64,000 nt of DNA from positions 686 to 64,685 of the forward strand of contig JBGAMF010000007.1 in NCBI GenBank assembly GCA_044223185.1, read 5' to 3'. Shown here one piece after another: positions 53,796-60,527 of this stretch. How positions within the stretch are numbered: position 1 is the first letter of the stretch; each line of letters opens with the position of its first letter. A program made the position numbers and the translations under genes. The notes beneath the pieces were generated by a model, which worked only from the letters and a program-made list of their open reading frames with translations, searched no databases and was not told the DNA's origin. This stretch comes from Casimicrobiaceae bacterium (GTDB taxonomy: Bacteria; Pseudomonadota; Gammaproteobacteria; Burkholderiales; Casimicrobiaceae).

Positions 53796-54287
53796 CGTCG
53801 TCCGGCCACGAACCGCCGCCTCGATCACCGCGACGTCGATCTTCTTCATCGTCATCATTGCATCGAAGGCACGCTTGGCTGCGGAGCGATCCGGACCGGT
53901 ATACGCTTTGGTCAACGCGATTGGCGTGATCTGCCAGGAGATGCCCCACTTGTCTTTGCACCAGCCGCATTCGCTCTCCTGGCCGCCGTTGGAGACGATC
54001 GCGTTCCAGTAGCGATCCGTTTCGGCCTGATCCTCGGTGGCGACCTGGAACGAGAACGCTTCGCTGTGCTTGAACGCAGGCCCGCCGTTCAGCCCGAGAC
54101 AGCGAACACCCATCACGGTGAACTCTACCGTCAGCACGTCCCCCAGCCTGCCCGACGGAAAGTCGCCGGGGGCGCGATGAACCGCGCCGAGGGACGAATC
54201 GGGAAAGGTGTCGGCGTAGAACTGCGCAGCTTCCTCGGCATCGCGTTCGTACCAGAGGCAAATCGTATTCTTTGCAATCCTCGTCAT
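53790..54287 (-). CDS. PhnB-like VOC family protein (3-demethylubiquinone-9 3-methyltransferase domain)
   Basis: ICLWY...AEEAA.FY, GLNGGP.F..SEAFSF, CGWCKDKWGISWQI. Confidence 0.9.
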   Translation of the reverse strand: MTRIAKNTICLWYERDAEEAAQFYADTFPDSSLGAVHRAPGDFPSGRLGDVLTVEFTVMGVRCLGLNGGPAFKHSEAFSFQVATEDQAETDRYWNAIVSNGGQESECGWCKDKWGISWQITPIALTKAYTGPDRSAAKRAFDAMMTMKKIDVAVIEAAVRGRTTV

Positions 54288-54485
54288 GCCGCTCTCCCAT
54301 CGAGATCGGAGCGAGCGCCTGCGCCGCTCCCGGATGAAGTCGCCGTGGGTTCCCAGGACCTGGCTGGCAGGTCAGGAGTCCGGGCTTCCCGGAGGTCCGA
54401 CATCCTGCCAGCCAGGTTGGGCATGTTCGGTCGCCGACATTCTCTCCTGACACGCCGGACATCTCGGTAGCGCCACCGTCCTTCC

Positions 54486-54564
54486 GCCAAACGCCCAAAC
54501 TCAGCCGTGGCGCCAGCTTCGCGCAAGCAGATCTGGTGAGGTCGGCTGGAGTGCGTCGTTGGGC
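54486..54564 (-). repeat. attC site
   Basis: GCCAAAC...actcagccg / cggctgGagt (extrahelical G)...GTTGGGC; 79 bp. Confidence 0.8.
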
Positions 54565-54604
54565 GGCATCCGTGAAGAGTCCGCCATCCTCTGAACGAGC
54601 GCGA

Positions 54605-55066
54605 CTACGCCTCGTTGTAGGCTCTCTCGAGCTCGGCCACGTCGAGCTTCACCATCGTCATCATGGCTTCCATCACGGCCTTCACCTTCCTGGGGTTCCT
54701 ATCACGGATCAGCTCGGTGAATCGTCGGGGGACGATTTGCCAGGAAAGACCGAACGGGTCCTTGATCCAACCGCATTGCGTGGGCTTCGCTCCTGCCTTC
54801 ACGAGCTTTTCCCAGTACTCATCCACTTCATCCTGATCCGCGCAGTCCACGTAGAGCGAAACCCCCTCGGAGAAGCTGAAGTACGGACCTCCGTTGTAGC
54901 CCATGAAGCGTTGACCGCCGACGACGAACTCGGCGGAACTGACAGGACCGTCCCTGCCCGTGCGGGCGACGTTGCGTACTTCGGAGTCGGGAAACGTCGC
55001 GGTGTAGAACTCGATGGCCGCTTCGAGCTGGTCGTTGAACATGAGGAAGGGCGTCACCTTGTTCAT
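54605..55066 (-). CDS. PhnB-like VOC family protein
   Basis: KVTPFLMF, YNGGPYF, CGWIKDPFGLSWQIVP; start re-called to ATG 55066. Confidence 0.9.
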   Translation of the reverse strand: MNKVTPFLMFNDQLEAAIEFYTATFPDSEVRNVARTGRDGPVSSAEFVVGGQRFMGYNGGPYFSFSEGVSLYVDCADQDEVDEYWEKLVKAGAKPTQCGWIKDPFGLSWQIVPRRFTELIRDRNPRKVKAVMEAMMTMVKLDVAELERAYNEA

Positions 55067-55102
55067 GGGAATGTCTTCTCCGTGAGTGCGATGCTCTTCT
55101 CC

Positions 55103-55159
55103 GCCCAACGTAGAGTTCGGCGGCGGCCGGCGGCCGTCCGTTGCAACGGCCTGTTGGGC
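55103..55159 (-). repeat. attC site (short, 57 bp)
   Basis: GCCCAAC-gtaga-gttcggcgg...ccgttGcaac-ggcct-GTTGGGC. Confidence 0.9.
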
Positions 55160-55232
55160 AGCTTCTTCACTCGTGCCTTGCCACGGCCGGGTGGTGTCCC
55201 GATTGCGGTGGAAACGGCGGCGCGGCCTTCGG

Positions 55233-55400
55233 TCATTGAATGACGTGATCCGCCCGCAGCAGCACCGACTGCGGGAGGGTGAGGCCCAGGGCCTTCGCGG
55301 TCTTCATGTTGATCACGAGTTCGAATTCGGTCGGCAGCTCGGCGGGCTTTGCCCCCTTGAGGATCTTGTCCACATAGGTGGCGTCCCGCCGGAAGAGTTC
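55233..55400 (-). pseudogene. 3' fragment of COG2984-like substrate-binding protein (copy 3)
   Basis: [55 protein letters not shown]; no 5' part; lacks the usual VEQP. Confidence 0.85.
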
Positions 55401-55559
55401 GACAAAGCTCGGTGCCGGTGACCGTCCCCGCCGACTCCTGGGCCAGGATGCCGACGATCTGCTCATCTGAAAACTTGCTCTTGCGCATGGGCTCCTCCGG
55501 TGGTCAATATACCCGGCAGAGCGTCACCTACCTTGGCCTGGAATTCGGGCGGAAAGTCA
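55400..55559 (-). mobile_element. Truncated IS3-family element (left end plus 30 codons of OrfA)
   Basis: TG-initiated end at 55559; [37 protein letters not shown] then abrupt junction. Confidence 0.8.
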
Positions 55560-55720
55560 AACCCGATCCGCTGCCGCCAGCCACCAGGCGGAAGAGCGGG
55601 ACCGGTGCCGCCTCCTCGGTGCGCAGCGAGCCTTGCATCCAGGAAGACCCCGGCCATTCGCGCAATGCCGCCGGCCAGCGGTGCCGGGAACAGCGCGGCG
55701 ACAATGCGCGATCGCATCAC

Positions 55721-55789
55721 GCCCACCGTTCGAGGAAACGCGGGACCAGCATTGGGACGCCTGGCCCGCCGCTGGGCCTCGTGTTGGCC
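55721..55789 (-). repeat. Possible heavily degenerate attC
   Basis: Minus strand GGCCAAC 14 nt after a stop, cagcggcgggcc arm, GTGGGC end; poor pairing. Confidence 0.3.
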
Positions 55790-55802
55790 GAGGGGTAGGG
55801 AT

Positions 55803-56315
55803 TCACTGCCTGCCAACAGCAGCAGGCTGCCTTTTGGCCACTGCTTGATCCGAGCGCAGGAAGAAGTCCGCAGGCGAGCGGAGCCATTCCCTCTTCTGGT
55901 TATCCCAGTGCGCGCGTTGCCAGCCATTGGGCTCTACGAGGGTCGAGGCCCAGGACGGGACCTCTTCTCCCGGTGCTTGTCCAAGCCCCGCCAAAAAGCA
56001 AACTTCCTCGCCGGTCCGGGTCCTGACGCGTCTTGTTCCAAAGGTGAAAGGCGACTCCAGACCGCTGAAGTCGCGCGCGGTTGTTCCACCGTAGACCTTG
56101 CGGCTTCCCGCAAGGCAGACCACATGGCTGCGTAGACAGGCCAGGAAAGCCTTACACAAGCCCTTCATGGGCTCGTCACTGCAGCCTTTGTTTCCCGTTA
56201 GATTGGGGATGACCAAACCACCGGCCGTCTCCGCAGCCTCGCAGGTGTTCGCATCGGCGGGACTGCAGGTCAGCGCGACAGCGGTGAACGCTGCGATGGC
56301 AATTGACAGGTTCAT
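55803..56315 (-). CDS. Hypothetical secreted Cys-containing protein (cassette)
   Basis: Starts 7 nt after a core site; signal peptide; several Cys; no family recognised. Confidence 0.6.
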   Translation of the reverse strand: MNLSIAIAAFTAVALTCSPADANTCEAAETAGGLVIPNLTGNKGCSDEPMKGLCKAFLACLRSHVVCLAGSRKVYGGTTARDFSGLESPFTFGTRRVRTRTGEEVCFLAGLGQAPGEEVPSWASTLVEPNGWQRAHWDNQKREWLRSPADFFLRSDQAVAKRQPAAVGRQ

Positions 56316-56321
56316 TGCGAG

Positions 56322-56405
56322 GCCTGACGGACAAAGCCAATCGGCCGCGAGCGGACGGCGCGCCAGCGCCGCCGGCGGGCGGTCCGGTTGAGCGAGGGTT
56401 CAGGC
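56322..56405 (-). repeat. attC-like site with GAC/GTC variant R boxes
   Basis: GCCTGAC-ggaca-aagccaatcgg-ccgc...gcggT-ccggttGagc-gagg-GTTCAGGC; both extrahelical bases present. Confidence 0.7.
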
Positions 56406-56427
56406 CGCAAGCAATGCCGCGAGGCGC

Positions 56428-56880
56428 TCATCGGATGAGGCGTGCACGCGCTTGAAGGACTTGCGGAATCGTGAGCCCGAGCGACTTCGCGGTCGCCATG
56501 TTTATGGAGAGCTCGAACCCGGTGGCCTGCTGGATCGGCAGATCACCGGGTTCGCCCCCTTCAGCAACTTGTCCACCAACGCGCCAGCGCGTCGATACCC
56601 TTCGAGCCGGTACGGGCCGTAGCCGATCACGCCGCCGGCGTCGGCGTACTCGTTGATCGCGGACGCCGAAACCAATCGATGCTTCAATGTCGACTCGGCG
56701 ACGGCTCGGGCGTTTACGGCGAACATGGTATCGCCTTGCACGAGCGCGGTATCGCACCGCGCTCTCTCAGCCTTGTCAAGGAAACCGGCGAGCTCAGCCG
56801 GCGTCCGCGCCTCGAACATCGACAGACGATTCTTGAACCACGCCGCCGTAGACTGCATCGCCGGCGTGCTTGTCGTGTGA
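56428..56880 (-). pseudogene. 3' half of COG2984-like substrate-binding protein (copy 4), frameshifted near 56549
   Basis: EYADAGGVIGYGP...VDKLLKGANP / GDLPIQQATGFELSINMATAKSLG in two frames; no start. Confidence 0.8.
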
Positions 56881-56910
56881 TCCGCAGGATTGGCAAGGTA
56901 CGCTACGCGC

Positions 56911-56917
56911 GTTAGGC
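56911..56917 (-). repeat. Isolated inverse core (GCCTAAC) of a truncated attC
   Basis: GTTAGGC on + strand, 7 nt beyond the dehydrogenase stop; no matching arm. Confidence 0.5.
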
Positions 56918-56924
56918 GTCAACA

Positions 56925-57872
56925 TCAATGTTGCTCGACGAAGCGCGGAACACTGTCACCGCTCAGATGTTTCAACAGTACATCGGCGACAGCGTCGGCA
57001 AAGTCCTCGTACTTCTTGTCGGTGGGCCAACCCAAATGCGGCGTGAGAATGACGTTTGGCAACGTCAACAAAGGATGACCGCGCGGTAGCGGCTCGCAGT
57101 CGAATACATCGAGACCGGCGCCTGCAATTCGACCGTCCGCCAGCACCGAAACCAGCGCAGCTTCATCAACGATCGGCCCACGAGCGGTGTTGATCAAACA
57201 GGCGGTAGGTTTCATGAGCCGAAGCCGCCGAGCGTCAAGCAACCCTCGCGTCTCGGGTGCGAGCGTCGCGTGCACTGAAACGACATCCGATTCCCGCATC
57301 AGATGATCCAGATCGCACCACTCTGCACCCAGCGACGCCGCGGCGCCATCGTCGCGACGACGGCTCCAGGCGAGGACTCGCATGTCGAAGGCTCGTGCGA
57401 TCTTCGCGACATGCATACCAACGTGCCCGAGTCCGATGACGCCAAGCGTCTTGCCATTGAGCTCGTGACCCAACGGGGCAGGCCAATGTCCGGACTTCAC
57501 GGCAGCGTCAGCCGCCGGTATGTGTCGCAGCAACGCAATGGTGAGGCCGATGGCCAATTCCGCCGCACCGGTGGAGAAGCCACCGCTCGCCTTTGCCACA
57601 ATCACCCCGCGCTCCCGGGCGGCCGCCAAATCGACGTGGTAAGCGTGGTTCCCGGTCTGCGCGAGAATCCGGAGATCGGGCAATCGCTCGAAGAGCGCCC
57701 GAGTGAATTTTGTGCGTTCGCGGTTCGCTACGAGGGCATCGAATCCACGCAATGCCGCTGCATCGCCAAATGGACCGACGAATATCCGAACCTCGGCTCG
57801 CTCCCTCAGCCGTCGGACGGCCTCGGTACGCTCATACGCCTGGTGGATATCATCAAGAATGGCGACATGCAC
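56925..57872 (-). CDS. D-2-hydroxyacid dehydrogenase family protein (cassette)
   Basis: GGAGG SD and GTG; VAILDD, GVIGLGHVG, LINTARG, LDVF..EP, TPHLG. Confidence 0.92.
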   Translation of the reverse strand: MHVAILDDIHQAYERTEAVRRLRERAEVRIFVGPFGDAAALRGFDALVANRERTKFTRALFERLPDLRILAQTGNHAYHVDLAAARERGVIVAKASGGFSTGAAELAIGLTIALLRHIPAADAAVKSGHWPAPLGHELNGKTLGVIGLGHVGMHVAKIARAFDMRVLAWSRRRDDGAAASLGAEWCDLDHLMRESDVVSVHATLAPETRGLLDARRLRLMKPTACLINTARGPIVDEAALVSVLADGRIAGAGLDVFDCEPLPRGHPLLTLPNVILTPHLGWPTDKKYEDFADAVADVLLKHLSGDSVPRFVEQH

Positions 57873-57889
57873 CTGCTGCCTCCATTGAC

Positions 57890-57979
57890 GCCTGACGAAA
57901 AAGGCGAGCGGCGCGCCGCCGCGGCGCCCGCCAAGTAGAAGCTGCGTACCGACGCGTCCGCTCGACCGCAGGATCAGGC
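57890..57979 (-). repeat. attC-like site with GAC/GTC variant R boxes
   Basis: GCCTGAC-gaaaa-aggcgagcgg-cgcg...cgcgT-ccgctcgAcc-gcagg-ATCAGGC; holds the hicB TGA. Confidence 0.75.
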
Positions 57980-58185
57980 CGGTACGTCGACGCACCGAAC
58001 CGAGCCAGTTGGCGCGGGAATGGGGGTACCATCTTCGCGCATGCCCTCAAGGTGAACTCGATAGCGTCGCGGATCTCCCGCTCGACTTCCTCGACGGTCG
58101 CGCCTGTAGCAACGCAGCCGGGAAGATCAGGAACGTCTGCCGAGTAGTTGGGCCCGGCGCTTTCGATCACGATCGCGTAGCGCAT
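57974..58185 (-). pseudogene. hicB: HicB antitoxin, frameshifted near 58053
   Basis: MRYAIVIE...YSADVPDLPGCVATG.T..E....I..AIEF / HLEGMREDGTPIP.P in two frames. Confidence 0.88.
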
Positions 58186-58195
58186 CTGGTTCCCC

Positions 58196-58383
58196 TCACC
58201 TCGTCGCGCCCGCCTGCTCTCGAATGCTATCGAGTGTCCCAGGAGCGCGTTCGTCGCTTGGCTTGCCAGGAACAGTGACTCGCCGGGTTTCGGCGGATGC
58301 TTGAACCGACGATGACTTCCGCGAGTGGCGACCAGGAACCACCTCTCGTCAGCAAGCAGCGGGAGCATCTCGCCCACCTTAAC
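58196..58383 (-). pseudogene. hicA: HicA mRNA interferase, frameshifted near 58281, start codon degraded
   Basis: W.LVATRGSHR.FKHP.KPG / RVTVPGKPSDE.APGTL.SI in two frames. Confidence 0.88.
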
Positions 58384-58426
58384 GCGCGGGATTATGCGCT
58401 CTCGGCCACGAGCTTCTCAACCTGAG

Positions 58427-58445
58427 GCCAAACGGGATTCAGGCC
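58427..58445 (-). repeat. Collapsed attC (both R boxes, central stem deleted)
   Basis: Minus strand GCCTGAA-tccc-GTTTGGC containing the SMI1/KNR4 stop. Confidence 0.5.
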
Positions 58446-59059
58446 TCAGTGCGGACAGCGTTGCCACGGTTGTCCTTTAGTTCGTTGATCCACCATTGGC
58501 GATTCTCGTCAGGGGTCACAAACCTCATGTGGCTCGCGATTGCAGTTAGTCGCGAAGTGTCCAGGTCCAGATTTCTCTTGACGAAGTCCGGCAAGCTCTG
58601 ACCCAACTCGACGAACTCGAATCCATCGTGTTCGAACTCGAAGACCCTTCCCGTGTATGGCCCGGCAGCAGGTACCAGGAGATAGTTGCCGCTTCGCGGA
58701 ATCTCTCCAACTACCAGGCAGTTCTTGATCCAGTCCGGCAGATAGTCTTCTTCCTCGTCCTCTTCGATACATTCCAGCCATGGCCTGAAACAACTATCCA
58801 GCTCGGGCCACTGTGAAGGACTTGCAATGAAGAAAGCGGCGTCTCCGCTCTCCTCCTCAAAATAGAGTGTGAGCTGCGCAAACGTGTCGTAGAAGTCCCG
58901 AAGTCCTTGAACGTCGGGCACGTCAACACTGGGGTCCGGTGGAAATGCAGCGTGACGGAAGCTCACGGCCTTGGTGTTCTTCTCGCTATGAATCTCACTG
59001 CAGATGAACTGCCCGACGTGTGACTGCACTTCGGAGCGTAGTGATTCGAGTGTGGGCAT
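58439..59059 (-). CDS. SMI1/KNR4 (SUKH) family immunity-like protein (cassette)
   Basis: L.DFY, VGEIP.SGNYLL, G.VFEFEHDG, SL.DFV; acidic. Confidence 0.7.
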   Translation of the reverse strand: MPTLESLRSEVQSHVGQFICSEIHSEKNTKAVSFRHAAFPPDPSVDVPDVQGLRDFYDTFAQLTLYFEEESGDAAFFIASPSQWPELDSCFRPWLECIEEDEEEDYLPDWIKNCLVVGEIPRSGNYLLVPAAGPYTGRVFEFEHDGFEFVELGQSLPDFVKRNLDLDTSRLTAIASHMRFVTPDENRQWWINELKDNRGNAVRTEA

Positions 59060-59092
59060 TGATCTTCCGAGGCGACGAACGGTGATTCGGAG

Positions 59093-59170
59093 GCCTAACG
59101 TTCGAGTTCACTCGCAGCCGGAAGCAGGCGAAGCCTGCTGGAGGCTGTCGGGTGCAACGACGGGTTAGCC
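59093..59170 (-). repeat. attC site
   Basis: GCCTAAC-gttcg-agttcactcg-cagcc...ggctgT-cgggtGcaac-gacgg-GTTAGCC; 78 bp. Confidence 0.95.
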
Positions 59171-59179
59171 CGCACGCTG

Positions 59180-59389
59180 CTACTTCCAGGCGAGGTTGAG
59201 CTTCTTACCAGATGCTGCGCACTCCTTGAGATAGAGGTTGATCAGACTCTGGTAAGGGATGCCGGTCTCGGCCGACATGGACTTGAAGTACGTGATTGAC
59301 TGTTCGTCAAGCCGAATGGTCACCGGCTTCTTAAGTTGCGACGCGTACGGGTTCTTTCGGGAAGCGCTGAAGTCATACTGCTTGCGCAT
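59180..59389 (-). CDS. brnA: BrnA/CopG-like antitoxin
   Basis: MRKQYDFS..RKNPY, KKPVTIRLD, GIPYQSLINLYL. Confidence 0.9.
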   Translation of the reverse strand: MRKQYDFSASRKNPYASQLKKPVTIRLDEQSITYFKSMSAETGIPYQSLINLYLKECAASGKKLNLAWK

Positions 59390-59397
59390 GGTGTCAC

Positions 59398-59676
59398 CTA
59401 TCGGTAGAAGCCCTGTTCCTCGCGCGTGGCCTTGCGCGCGGAGATGATACGGATGATGCCTCCTGCTTCACGATAGCAGTGCGCTACGACCAGTAGGCGC
59501 AAGCTGCTGCTGAGGCCAAGGAGAAGAAAGCGCTCTTCGTCTACCGAGTGGTCCGGATCATCGATCAGGCGGGCGCGCTCATCGGCAAACACGGACTCCG
59601 CGTCCTCGAACGACACGCCGTGCTTGCGGAAATTGGCCGCCGCCTTGCGAGGGTCCCACTCAAAGCGCAGGCTCAT
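59398..59676 (-). CDS. brnT: BrnT toxin
   Basis: FEWDPRKA..N.RKHGVSFE.A, D.DHS..E.RF, IRIISARKAT. Confidence 0.93.
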   Translation of the reverse strand: MSLRFEWDPRKAAANFRKHGVSFEDAESVFADERARLIDDPDHSVDEERFLLLGLSSSLRLLVVAHCYREAGGIIRIISARKATREEQGFYR

Positions 59677-59712
59677 GCCGACATTGTATGTACAACGTAC
59701 GTATACCGCAAC
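59677..59712 (-). promoter_or_regulatory. Cassette-borne brnTA promoter/operator
   Basis: TACAAT -10 just before the ATG; ttgta-tg-tacaa inverted repeat. Confidence 0.55.
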
Positions 59713-59728
59713 CCGGGGCCTTCGTGCG

Positions 59729-59815
59729 GGCTAACGCTACCAGCTAACCGGCGCGTGCCAGCGGCCGCCGAAGGACGGCCGCGGGACACGCGTGCGGTTG
59801 AGCGCCGGGTTAGGC
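59729..59815 (-). repeat. attC site
   Basis: GGCTAAC...agctaaccgg / gcggttGagc...GTTAGGC; holds the higA TAA; 87 bp. Confidence 0.95.
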
Positions 59816-60070
59816 CGCAGATTCAAGGGGCACTTCCCAACCTGGAAACACCAGCACGGCTGGGTGACACTTGAGCGCCCGGGCAAGTGCCTTTGCGCGT
59901 TCAACACCCAGATTCACTCGGCCGTTCTCGATTGCGGAAATGGTGGCCTGCGAGATTCCCGTCAGATCAGCGAGTTGGCTCTGGCTCAGTTCCTGAAGCT
60001 CGCGCAGGATCCGCACAGACTCACCAGGAGTGACATCGATACGATTCTTGGCAGGACGAAATGATTTCAT
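59810..60070 (-). CDS. higA: HigA-like XRE HTH antitoxin
   Basis: LSQSQLADLTGISQATISAIENG HTH. Confidence 0.85.
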   Translation of the reverse strand: MKSFRPAKNRIDVTPGESVRILRELQELSQSQLADLTGISQATISAIENGRVNLGVERAKALARALKCHPAVLVFPGWEVPLESAA

Positions 60071-60071
60071 A

Positions 60072-60356
60072 TCAAGGCTTTCGATAATCGTGCGGAGTTA
60101 CGTGAATCACTTGAATCAATAGCACTTCAGCAGAGACGCGATAGATCACGCGCCACTGCAAGCCAAGTCGAGATGAACGATGACCCTTCCATTCACCCGA
60201 CAGGGCCTCGTCGTGGAATCCCTTAATCATTCTCAGCCCGGGAGGTCCCGAGAGTCTGGCAACGTCCTTCCACTTTTCGTACCGCTTCAGAATCTCGATG
60301 GGGACCGCGCCAGCAAGTTGCTTGTCGACGCGACGATGCTCTTCGATCCGCCACAT
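60072..60356 (-). CDS. higB: HigB/RelE-superfamily mRNA interferase
   Basis: GFHDEALSGEWKGHRSSRL..QWRVIY; toxin-first order. Confidence 0.85.
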   Translation of the reverse strand: MWRIEEHRRVDKQLAGAVPIEILKRYEKWKDVARLSGPPGLRMIKGFHDEALSGEWKGHRSSRLGLQWRVIYRVSAEVLLIQVIHVTPHDYRKP

Positions 60357-60359
60357 GCC

Positions 60360-60391
60360 ATATTATGTATATATCTAATATGGCATGTCAA
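60360..60391 (-). promoter_or_regulatory. Cassette-borne higBA sigma70 promoter with operator
   Basis: TTGACA-N18-CATAAT on minus strand; ATATTA-N10-TAATAT inverted repeat over it. Confidence 0.7.
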
Positions 60392-60419
60392 GCTCGCGGC
60401 GCGGCTCCAGTGCCGTTCG

Positions 60420-60510
60420 GCCTAACGTTCAAGTTAACCGGCGCCCGGCCACCAGCGGTCGGAAACAAGAAACCATGTGCCCGGGCGTCCGGTTGAACGC
60501 AGAGTTAGGC
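60420..60510 (-). repeat. attC site
   Basis: GCCTAAC-gttca-agttaaccgg-cgcccgg...ccgggcgT-ccggttGaac-gcaga-GTTAGGC; 91 bp. Confidence 0.96.
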
Positions 60511-60527
60511 CTGAAATGGGGAGCCAA

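Noticed and set aside
60392-60420. Extra attC arm (gcggctccagtgcc-GTTCGGC) beside the 60420 core
   Set aside because: No partner arm and no upstream gene end; may be chance or an unrecoverable relic
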